From: Phoronis australis
Taxonomy: Eukaryota; Animalia; Phoronida
Length of the DNA stretch: 64,000 bases
Assembly (NCBI GenBank): GCA_002633005.1
Contig: NMRA01000010.1
Location: 1,206,443 to 1,270,442, forward strand
Reading direction: 5' to 3'
Below are positions 52,300 through 64,000 of this stretch, one piece after another. Under the pieces are notes generated by a model that saw nothing but the letters and a program-made list of their open reading frames with translations, searched no databases and was not told the DNA's origin. Every line of letters starts with the position of its first letter. Positions within the stretch are counted from its first letter, which is position 1. Made by a program: the position numbers and the translations under genes.

Positions 52300-55200
52300 A
52301 TGTTCGGAAAACATTTGGAATTATCACTGCTGTAGAAATTTTGTTGGTGCACCTCAGGAAAAGTAAAATTTAAACTAGAAATTTCTATTAAATCCAGTTT
52401 ATTTAGAAAAAACCGCGTCATATTTATGTGAAATAGTAGTTCTTGGGCTTATAGTTTCGAATAAAGTGGTTTGGATAAAGATCCGTTTTAACAAAAATGA
52501 AGTGGAAACGGTGTCTTTAAACAACCAATTGTGTTTCACAATAGAATTTAACCTTGCAATCTCTCTTTCTGGGAATGTTCGAGTTAAATACATTAAGCGC
52601 CTAAACCTTTTTGTTCACACACGTTTTGACGAGTTGTTAATTGTTTATAACGTCTTTGTCCGCGATCACCTTCGCTTATCGATTTTTTGTTATCTCCTGA
52701 TGTAGGTATCGTGTAAACAACGACTGATTTCAAAGAGGCAGCAGAAACAGCCTCGTATGAGTTAGTTTGCGTGCACACAATATACAAGTGTGTTGGGATA
52801 GACTACAAGGCAGACACGAGGGAGCTGACTGGACATGGCTGTAGGCCATTGGAAATGTGGACATAAACTAACATCCGCTGAAAATTTCCAAAAATTGCCC
52901 CTAAAACAGCGTACCGGAAACTGTCCAAAATATCGCTCATTAATGACAAGTAACATTTCTTCGAATTTTAGCTTGCTTCGGAAGAAGCTCCCTCTCAAAG
53001 GAAGATATTTACATGAACCGGATTTTAGAAAGCATTTAGTGATTGTTTTATGCAAAGACAAATACATGTTTTCACCTTAATGGAATGTTCCACTACCTTG
53101 CATATGATGTTCAGTAAAACCTTGCATTTAGAAAGCAACTAATTTCCGAATAAACGCTCTTGTTTTCATTTCCGGTTTTTTGGAAAAACACTTGCTCGTA
53201 GTGCTTTTCCGAACATTTCCTAAATTAATGCGGGGGTTGGTTTGAATTAAAATAAATCGATTAAAAGAAAACGATCTGCTGAGAATGAAAGATGAATTAT
53301 CAGAAAAACTCAGACCAAAATCCACTGAAATCTTTCGCTCTCGATTTAGAGTAGACTTTCGGATTATGGCGTGGTGCCTTTTTCTATTGGCCTAAAGCAG
53401 AAGATTTCAATCATTAAAAATTAATATCCATTTACTTATCTTATTAATAAAATTTATTCACCTTGGTATAATGTTTTCAACTACTGAGTCTGCTATTGAT
53501 AATCAAAACCTATAACAAGATTTGAACGTACCTGTCCTATTTTCGCTCCGATTATAACGCACCTTGCAGGCGCTTTGTTGAGAAATCTCGAACACCGAAA
53601 TAATCCCTAGCATCTTTGTCCATACCGTTTGAAATGGCGGCGATCGACAAGGAGTGGCATTTAGAAGTTTTTTCGCGATGGTTGTATTTACCATTCCCAA
53701 TTTCATTAAAAATTGGTGCCTGCTTTGTTAACACGCATTTGAAGGCTTCGAATGACATTTTCTGGATTTTTAGTCTGTTCTGAGTGAACGATTGCCAGTT
53801 GTTGACCCCTTGGCCCACTTTTTTGCTCATTCGTGGCTTTTCTTAAACCTTTACTTTGTGGGGGGATTCAGCTACCTTTCGGACACTTAAAAGTCTGGCG
53901 GATCGACACCCACTCTTCACCTGATTTCTGTACTTTGGAGAGTCTTGGCAGTCTGAATACAGTGTCGCCCATTTCGTAATAATCTCACGCAAATGGTGGC
54001 TTTGAGGTGAAAACTGCTGATTTGGTGTATTTTGATCGTTTTTAAGTAGCTAGGTGAACTTCCGGTTATAGTAAGGGAAGGAAAGTTGACTCTGGAACCA
54101 GTTTCAATAGATTTTGTGCAAGGATTTTGAAGTCTTTGCCCCAGAATACTATTCATATTTTCAGGTTCTGTACACGTACCTTGTGGAAAAGTGTGTTGGA
54201 GCTGCCAAGACCTGTTTTTTACAAGTCGTGAAACTCTAGCTCGGTCTGAAGCAATAAGGAGGACACCACTTTCTACGGAGCTCAAACAACATTTCTGAAT
54301 TGAGTGAGGAACAAGATAAAGCCTGTTTATAACGGTTATTAACCTAAATAAAAAGTTGCTTTTTGACAGAAAGTACTGGTCTAACGCCACTCTAACATAC
54401 AGTTGAAAACGTGTAGTAAAACCTTCAACTCAGTTGTTGATTGGAACATCAGATTCTGCCGTACAAGAAACAAGCAAGTTTTGAGGGGAGGAAGTCAACT
54501 TAGGATTATGTATAGCGATCGGCAGAAAGCATCCTGAGGTTTGGTTTGTGGTTATGACCGAGTCAAGGAGAGAATCAGAGAAAGTAACTAGAATGTCATT
54601 GCCAACATTTCCAATCAAGATTTCTGAATGTACTAGAAATGGAAATCAGTTGTAGTCTCTTTTAACTAAACTGGGTGGTGGCTTTATTTTCTTCTCAAAC
54701 TTGCGTTTAAGAAATTTGAAAATGTCAATTAACAATTCCTTTTATACTGAAGTGCTGAAAAGCTTAAAGCCTTTGAATATAGAAGTTTTTAAGAATATAC
54801 CTATTAACCAACAAGTGTTGTGGAATAATCAAAACATTTTACTTAGCAATAAATCCGTATTTTGTCGGGAAATGTTTGAAGCGAGACTGTTATTTTCTGA
54901 AGATTTTCTAGATAATGAAAATAAAATTCTTAGTTGGGATTTTATCAAAAACAAATACAATCTCAAGAATTTTTGTATATTCCAATACAATTTTGTTGTT
55001 TGTGCATTGAGGAAGCATCTTGGTGAACTAGAACCAAGATCTATTGGTTGTAACAGCTTTCATTTAATTAATTATAGCAGTTGTAGTAAAGATTGGTATA
55101 AAAGGTGTACTATACATACTTTTGCACAAAAACCCGACACTTATGCGCGGTTAAGTAATTATTATAATGAACAAGATATCAGAGAAATTTATTTTTTCCC

Positions 55201-55956
55201 TTCAGCCTCCCAATAAATCCTGAATTAAAAAACTTCAGGTACCTCTTTACCCAGAGAAGAATATTTACAAATATCACTTTATACAAAATAGGGGTGGTTG
55301 ATACTGATAAGTGCCCCTATTGTGATGAGTTACAGACTCTATTTCAAATGTTTCATTATTGCATATGTGTCAGGACTTTCTGGGAATCAGTGCAAACACT
55401 CTTAAATAAAGCCCTAAATACCCAGTACATGTTTACGATGTGGGACATATTAGATTCTGTTCAAAACCCTAATACAAACCACAAATTAATTTGCAATACC
55501 ATTAATACACTTGCACTTCATTTACCAGACATCAAATGTAAAAAAGCCTCCCCTTTTTAAGGATTTCAAGTTGAAATTACAAACTTTTATAAACACAATT
55601 TTAACAGGTATCTCGGACACAAATATGGATAGATGGAGATGTCTGCACGCATGCTTTTAATTAGTATTGTAGAAATCATCAAAGTTGTACTGTTATTATT
55701 ATTTTATATGTATTTATGTTTGTACGTATTTATATAGAACCTAATTTCTCCAGACGTAATTTCAACACGGCGTGTGTGTGTGTGAAAAGCGCATGAAAGT
55801 CCTTCCCTCGCTCCCATTTCCCCTTTCCAGTTACATTTTATTGCTTTATATATCTATTAGTCACTATTATATACTTTTGTTAAAGCCAGAACTGAGGCAC
55901 CCAACCTCAGACTGGCTACGTGATGTTGTCTGGGCAATAAATGTATTAAAAAAAAA
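52300..55956 (+). mobile_element. Degenerate L1/Tx1-clade LINE ORF2 with poly(A) tail
   Basis: Endonuclease relics (SLIDF, GHWK), RT relic (GDRQG), C-terminal QVLWNNQNI..DFLD..ILSW..KYNL and zinc motif CPYC..QTLFQMFHYC..FW; AATAAA plus A-run at about 55936-55956. The 5' boundary is approximate. Confidence 0.8.
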
Positions 55957-58900
55957 TTGTAGGCCTACATATAACTGCCGATATCACGGCTAAGCCAAGA
56001 TAGTCTAGTCTTTTTTGCCACAAGGGTTGGGTGATCTTCATACAGTAAGATAAGGTCGTTTGGGCTCATTTTTACAGAAAACTTACATGTATAACTGGAC
56101 TTGGTGTTTGTTTCCCGAGAATGGATTTTGGTCACCGAGTACAGAAAGTTTTAGGACGTGAGTGAAAATAAGGGGCCCGGTCTGTAGCGCGTGTTCAGCC
56201 GGGTGCCTGCTGTTCTTGAGTGAAATTGTTCCCACACCCTGGGCAGTGCTGTCATCAAATCGATTAAATAGTCTGATTCAGAGTGGTGAGCTTGATAGCT
56301 ACTCAATCTACAAAGTATTTTATGATTAGGCAAAGCTCCTAGTCTTGTATGCAGCTTCTAATATCACTGAGCCTCGAGAACAGCATCTGGTTCTTCATTG
56401 GTGAAGGAAAAATGTGAACCGCTTATGAAATCATACACCTGTGCTACGAACGAATCGTGTAAAATTAAAGCAGTGATTCAATTCACTACAGTAGGCCTAT
56501 AACGTATACATCGCAAATAACGTAAGTAACGCTGCTTAAGAAACGCCACAAATCAACACTCAGCTAATCCCATTAATTGTGTAACGTAAAACCAACATGT
56601 TAGAGCTACAGGTCTTTAGAAAAACAGATTTACATGTCAGCACTTACATGCGATAAAGCACAATTCACTTAATTAAAGGCCTAATGTTTATTAAAGGAAC
56701 GTTCAATCATGAATGACCACACTGACATCCTTACTGAGTTTCAAAATCATTGATTTCTCGACAACGTGTAGCAGTTGAACACCGTTCAACGACTATAGTC
56801 GGATATAACGTGCCCATATTTTGAGAACCAGTTTGATGCTCGTTGTTCAGTGGAGACAAGTGGTTCTCAACATAAGGGCACTTTACATCCGATCATTAAT
56901 TTTGCACAAATTGTCGCCACTGGAAATGCACATCACGTTTTGAGGAGACGGCCATTTGAATTGAGTTTCAAGCTTCGTCATGCGGAACCCTTTTCTACTT
57001 CTTTCGTGGGTTGCCGGTACAAAGTCAGCCTTCTGGTTTGGAACAAGCTTGGACGCTTTCAAGAGTCGCAAAAGCCGCCCTCTAGGTACACCTGGCAGTA
57101 AAATGAAGTATCTCTTGCCACTTTGGCGTTTTTACTGCTAACGACGTGCAGTATCACCGTGTTCTTGACTAACTTGATGTTCTGTTAAAAATGACATATG
57201 TAGAGATCAGATAAAAATAGACAATGTAGAAACAGATAAAATGCTTTAAAACCCGCTAAAATATTCATAAAGAACACTGACTGGCTTTCCAGCCTAATGT
57301 GTGAGGCTCTTCATCAGGTATGAAGACAAATGGCGCGAAGGGTTTACCCTAGAATGCCAACTCCCGCACGTGACTTGTGCATAGGCGGATTTAGGGAGGC
57401 GGCAGGGCGCTCGCCGCCCCCCTGGCGGCTGCAAAAGTAAAACAATAAATGCGTGAGGAAATATTGAGTTTATTATTTAATTAACACCGGCGAAAACAAG
57501 ATTTGGCAGTTTGTGGAGTTTTAGGTTATGTTTGTGTGCTGAGGTTCTGACCCGATATCAAGTTTCCGATTCAGACAACCGGCGCAATCGTAACGGTAAC
57601 TATGGCTAAGTTATGCCGCTCCCGATCGATATGACCGGGATATCTCAGGCGACCGGCAGTGGCGCTGTGCACCACCACTCCATTTCTGTCGTCTGCTCCA
57701 CTGTGCAATGAAAAAATTCATCTTTTCAAAGAAAACGGAAGCTGAGTGACGTTGAAGAAACAGAAGCTGCTAGTAAGATGTAAATTTTAAATCGAAGCCC
57801 GAGTGAATAACTCAGAAACTCATTATTCGCTCTTTGTCAAACATTAAAATTGAGACGATTTGTAAAGCAGTCACGTTGTTAATGCCAACAAGAAAAATGG
57901 ATTTGGCCTTTTTGGGAACTTGAGACTGTTTTAAACGCAACAAATTTTGCTGCGAACTGGTTCCACAAAATATAAAGCGTGTAACAAACATTACGGAAAG
58001 AATCAGGTTCGCCCGCGAACGCTGTGGACCATAAACAACATATGCCTCATAGCGACGTCCGTTAGTTGGGAGTGTGGGGGTATAAAGGAAGAGCACGCGC
58101 TCGCTGACCTACAGGTCATGAGTTCGAATACTTGCACATTAATTTTACGAATTTTCCATTTTTAAATCACAGTCGGCAATACCGCTGTTAAACAGTTTAA
58201 ATGCTTTAAAACAAGAATTGTTAATTTAATTATTGGGGACAAATAAAACAACAAGACTAATACATATTTTAAGTTGTATTGGGAATTTCAGGGTCACAGC
58301 TCTACAAATAAATATCTCACAGAAGGAACCAGATGGGTTCCTTAATTACAAGAGATAACACACACATTTACGATACCCAATGTGTAATTGCGTATCGGAT
58401 AGTAAGTGGCACAGGTTAGCATAGTACCAAAGGGGTACATAATACCAAATGGATATTGGCCGATTGCCTACCAAGTGGATCGAGCAAAACGGAAAATTCA
58501 ATAACAAGTACCAAAACTGTCAAAATGGCAAATATCATATAAAGTACCAAGTGGGTACACTAAGCAGTCAACTGGGCTATAACATCCTGCAAAGCCGGTT
58601 CCGGACAAGCTGAGTGAACAGACCAGCCGCAGTGATAAAGAGATATTGTAAGGAACGTGGTGTTGTGGCTCAGTATGTGCCACATGGGAAGGGTTGTTCA
58701 TGGAAGAACAATCCTTTCCACCGCCACAATCCGCGTGGGGGGCCGTGACCCTGGAAGAGGAGTGGCAGGGGATTGGGGAAAAAGGTAGTCGCAAACAACG
58801 AGAATGGACCGATGCCTTTCTCGGATTTGGCTTCCCCCGCGTTCGACTTGAGGCACACCACACTAGGACAGGTTGGATACCTCACGATGAGCAGTGCCGC

Positions 58901-59423
58901 TCCCGCAAAGCTCGCAACCCAGCCACACCCTGGTCGACGATAGAGCCGGAGTTGTGGTCGCTATACATGACAGGTCCCTCTTCTGACACCATATCGCACC
59001 CAGCTGCCAGACACTGCTTTGCCTTAACTACAAGGGAAATTGCACTACATGGCAGTGGAACTGACGTTCAGGATCCTATGTGCTCNAAGGTAAAACACCA
59101 TCAGAATGGTAGATGTCATTACATAAAGATCCATAAACAGATCTAAAATCATTATTCAAAAAGTCCTTTTTATTTGAGGCTGCCTTTAAGACGAATACCG
59201 ACAAGGTTGATAAAATCGTTAATTAAAACTTGAAATTTCTATGGCATGATATTCAAAATCAAGCCCGTTTAGTCTAACGAACAACGGCGGTAGCATTTTG
59301 TCTGGTTCGTTCGAGTCCCCTAGGCTTGTTTGGAGATACCATTTGGCAAATTCTCGAATGTTAAGGTCTTAAAAACAGGTGTGTTTAGGTACTTTCGAAA
59401 AATTACTCATATTGCCTACCTAA

Positions 59424-59443
59424 GTGTGTGTGTGTGTGCGTGC

Positions 59444-59488
<45 letters not shown>
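59424..59488. repeat. (TG)n microsatellite
   Basis: Seen directly, with one (CG)-containing interruption. Confidence 0.97.
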
Positions 59489-59491
<3 letters not shown>

Positions 59492-61200
59492 GTACTGTTT
59501 TCAATTGTTTCTATGATAATTCATTTGTGCAATGTTTACCTTTTGCCCAGATGCCGTTTTTCGATTTCTGAGAAGTTGACCTACAGTTATCAGTAATACC
59601 GTCAGAGGTCTTAAATTCGTGAGTGCCCTAAAGTCGTGAACGATCTTATTTCCTCTTCTGCGCGGTCCCGCGACATGTGGTGTTGAAGTTTCCAGCGTTC
59701 GTCTGCTTACGAACGTCAAACGAATACCCGGACGTGTTGGTATTCACAATATGATAACAAACAGTGAGTGAGTGGCTTCTTTTTTCAAATGTATATTAAA
59801 AACAACATATTTCACTAATCCATTTTTGTGAATTTTGGGATATATTTTCGAAAATATTCATCGTTCAGATTTACTCAAACACGCGTTCCAGGGGTAGCTT
59901 GAACAATGTATCAAAATGTCCCAGGGTCAATCAAGTTTTGTAAGGCCAAAGCGATAAAATACAGAGAGATAATTGATGCTAGCGTTTTACATGAACAACC
60001 TCATTGAAAACGTCTGTGCACATCAAGGTTGGGTGCAAAACATATAACAATTTATTACAATTGAAACTGAAGTATAATAAACAAAGCAACGCATTTTTAT
60101 GTCATCTAGAGTAACTGTAAGCACTGTAGTTGGCTTGCGTGGTCATACTTCGTGCATTTCCGTCTAAACGAAACGGTCATGACTTTAGGGCCTCATTCAA
60201 AATGGCCGGCGATATCAGCGACCGTTTCAAAACTCTGCTTACGGAGACAAACAAGGATTAAGATTGTCAAAACACGTATATTTGAGAAGGCTGATATATG
60301 TCCATGACATCACATGCGCAGTTGCTAAAGGACATTGGGTAGTATGACAATCAGCTGCTTATTATGCTTACATTCACGACTTTAGGTCACCGGTGTGTAT
60401 TTACCTATACCTGTGAAATAAAATTTAAAAAAATCGAAAGTTTACCTTGTAAAAGAACCCAATCCAGCACTTCGTGTTGCTGACAGCGTGCAGTGTATTC
60501 GTCAGTTGCCCCGCTCTTGGTGGACTGTCCCACTTTTTTCCGCCATCCCGCCACACCATCGAAATGTCCCGCTTTTTGACACACGGCCAAATTGATATTA
60601 GTCATATACCATTGTAATTTCCCACGCGACATAGCCATATTTCCCTCTCGACTGCAAAGAAAAAAACGTGACGTTTCATGTTTTCTGCGAACCCCGCAAT
60701 TTCCCATTCAACTATAAAAAACAACAAAAATCCTGTCGGAATTTTTGGGTGTTACATCTCCCGTTCGACAAAAAGCGCTGTCCTTGTGTGTTGCTACAAA
60801 CATTTCACCTTTACGCTTTGGCTTAGACCCAGATGACCCACTTTATATCCTGAAGTCTCGGTTTTCAATCCAGTTGTTTCGTTTTCTGTTCTTGAATGTT
60901 GACCGTGACAACTACATGTATGCAACAGGTGTTCAAAATAACATGGTCTCTTTTTACGAATATTGTTATTTTCCAGAGTCCACTTTCTTTAGTAACATAA
61001 CAATCGCAAAAAAAAACGTTCCAATGTAACACACACTACATGTATCAGGATCAATAACTTTAATTTACTTTCTGAAGAAAACAGTTTATTTCTAAACTTT
61101 TGTGGAAAGTCATACACTGCAACCAACGTGAGCTATCCACAGTACATTTCAAAGCTATGTGATGGATTTCTGCCCATTTTTTATCTATCAGAAAACCTTT

Positions 61201-63584
61201 TTATCCCATACGCGTTGAATCTGTCGAGGGAAATACGGCCATGTAATAAAGTTTTCCGTATTCACCTCTCGCACTACTTCAGTAGTGACCTCTGACATGG
61301 AAAGTTCAAAAGGTAAGTCAATGTCGACTCGATGTCGTTAGCCGGTTCGATCATCAAACTTTCGGCAAATAGTTTAAAGTAATACAATTATAGCAGTGTA
61401 AATAACGCTCAACATGCAATCAAGTCTCAGTTGTAACATCTGGAATAGGACAGTTGATTATATGACAGTTCTGTCTCAGTTTTCATTCGCCAAATAGTTT
61501 TATCGTCTGCAACTCAGGCGCCGAATCCTCCGGTGACCACAATATCAAATTGTTATCAATTAACTATTTTCAGGAGATGTCACAAGTTCAATGAAAAGTT
61601 ACCCTTATTTTCATCCGTTCATCTTTTCAAGTAATAAATCGTTACATTTAAAACCGTTTCTTTTACTAGAGGAAACTTGCAGCCTAACGCGCAAGTACAT
61701 ACATATAGGATGTGATCCGCCACGTGAACAGTCTGAGTGAAGTATTTAGAAAATCTGCCGAAAAAATGAAAGAAACATCGGAATTCGAAGCGTATGGGAT
61801 AAATACAAAACGTACGTCGATTGGCATACATGAAGTAATGTCCCACTCGACATTATTCCGCGTATCGACCGAGACCGAAGGTCGATACGAGGAATAATGT
61901 CGAGTGGGATATAAATATAGGTTATACAACGTACGTGTTTGTACCAGTGGTTATTATATCTCGATTCGAGTTATGCAAAAGTATTTGAACGAGGGCGAAT
62001 TTATCCTATGCGCCCCACTGAGGATTCATCCTTTATCAATATTGATCGCAGATCACGTGACTCGTATACGTGCACGCAAAATTTTTATGAATGAATTTTT
62101 GCAGCCTCCATGACACGGCAGTTCAAGTTGTATTTTACAGCAGCTACAGGCTTGGGATGCATATCTGCTATTTTCGGTATTTTCGTCAGTGTTTGAGCTA
62201 AATTTATTTTCTAAGTTAAAGTTTGCTTACATTTGTGACGATTTTCTTGACTTCGTTGAGTAATATCTGTGCAGGACACCCTTCTTATCGTTTTTAGTTA
62301 GAAAGTATTCCGAAATTTATCGTAATATTGACAAAATTACAGTGTTTACAAAAGTTGCAGTTTTGTTTTGGGCTCGACGTATTTTGATTGTTTTGAGAAC
62401 GAATTTAAAAAATGACTCATATTTGACCGTAAAGAACCTCAAATAGTGTAGTGCAGTAGGTGACCAAAAGGAGGCATGCATTACTAATATAAATTGCTTT
62501 CCTAATACCAAATATATTGTGGCGAGTTCGAGACTTTTTGTGATTTAAGTGTTTTACTCTGTTGCAAAATTTCAAGGTATATTAAATAACATTGCCAATG
62601 ACATTTTTATTTCACTTTTTTGTTTAGTATTCAGAACACATATCATAGTATTGGCATGTGAAAACATTGCGCACGGGGTTAAACCAAAAGTGATGCTATA
62701 TATAAACTCATGTTTCTTGTTATTGTATTGTGTGCTCAGAAGGGAATTTTGGCGAGAATGAAGGCATCCGCATTCAACTTGGATTGAATATGGAAAAGTA
62801 GTTCTTCCATATCAAATCTCACAATAAGATCCGTATTTCATGGCGCGTGTAGGATAAATACACAAAACGTACCGAGAATGGCGTACATGAAGTAATATCC
62901 CACTCGACCTTATTCCGCGTATCGCCCGAGACCGAAGGAATAATTGCTCGTGGGATGTTACTTCATGTACGCCAATCGAGGTACGTTTTGTATTTATCCC
63001 ATGTGCTTCGAATTCCTAAGTTTCTTACATTTTTCGGCAGATTTTCCAAATACTTCACCCAGACTTTTCACATGGCGGATCACACCCTATATGTATGTAC
63101 TTGCGCGTTAGGTTGCAAGTTTTCTCTTAAAAAAACAGTTTTAAACGTAACGAATTATGTCGTGAAAAGAGGTAGCAAAGATGAAAACAACAGCAGTGAA
63201 CTTGTAATATTTCCTGGAAATAATTAAAAAACAACAGTTTTTGATATTTTAATTTCCTAGGAATGGGCGCCTGAGTTGCAGACGAGATGGTATTCAGCAA
63301 TTGAAAACTGAGAGAAAGTGTCTTATAATTAACAGTTTTTTCCAGATTTTACGTTTAGGGCCTGGTTGCATGTCGAGTGTTAGTTACATTGCTGCAACTG
63401 TATTACTTTAAACTATATTCGGAAAGTTTGATGATCGAACCGGCTGAAGACGTCGAGTCGATATTGACTTACCTTTTGAACTTTCCATGTCAGAGGTCGC
63501 TGTTGAAGTAGTGCGGGAGGTGAATACGGAAAACTTTATTACATGGCCTTATTTCCCTCGACAGATTCAACGCGCGTGGGATAA
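61201..63584. mobile_element. Large palindromic repeat element (about 650-bp inverted arms, hairpin centres with CCGAGACCGAAGG)
   Basis: 61201 to about 61850 is the diverged reverse complement of about 62947-63584; centre hairpins at 61841-61909 and about 62897-62957. Confidence 0.8.
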
Positions 63585-64000
63585 TTTCATGTACGCCACT
63601 CTCGGTAGGTTTTGTGTATATCTGCAACATACGGATTGATACTTGGAGTAGTTTATCGTATTTTCGGTAAATGTCACTGCATTCTGAATTTTTACAAGAG
63701 AATGTAGTTGTATCAAACAGCACCAAAGGTCCAATTAATTATAATATATAAAGAAGTATAATTTTGGATGAATGCCTGACTAAATTACCCATATGAAGTT
63801 TGAGGAATCCACATACTAAAACCTTTTGTTATTACAGGCTAGAAATATTTTGAATCATTGAAATTATTTCCCTAATCGCTTAACTAGTCACTTATATAAC
63901 CTCTCTGGTTCATTTCCTTTTAATGTTAGTATTTCACGCTGTTATTTTTCGCATTTTGGTAGTACTCTTCAGGGGCGAATACAGGATTTTTGAGTTGGGG

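Noticed and set aside
58498-59146. ORFs of 121 and 150 aa
   Set aside because: No recognisable motif or splice structure, and one spans an N; probably repeat-derived.

Overview
Repeat-rich animal genomic DNA, probably a marine invertebrate; the taxon cannot be fixed from the sequence. The core is two intact, spliced RNA-helicase genes arranged head to head, with only 261 nt between their ATGs: DDX56/DBP9 (minus strand, 15 exons, about 557 aa) and DHX15/PRP43 (plus strand, 13 exons, about 733 aa). DDX56 introns carry three pairs of box C/D snoRNAs on the sense strand: SNORD44-like (18S), SNORD66-like (18S), and a pair whose guide points to an LSU adenosine I do not recognise as a known 2'-O-methyl site. 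DDX56 intron 4 holds a degenerate mini Polinton/Maverick (long TIRs, protease and ATPase relics) with nested MITEs. DHX15 intron 9 has an unusual double 3' splice site: a strong upstream acceptor leading to a stop codon, and a hairpin-containing productive acceptor. This is a candidate autoregulatory switch. The distal 25 kb is mostly decayed transposons (Gypsy pol, split Penelope, gag relic, L1/Tx1 LINE, a CTCF-motif repeat array, a large palindrome). Two duplications flanking single Ns look like haplotype or assembly artefacts. All coordinates and alignments were read by eye.
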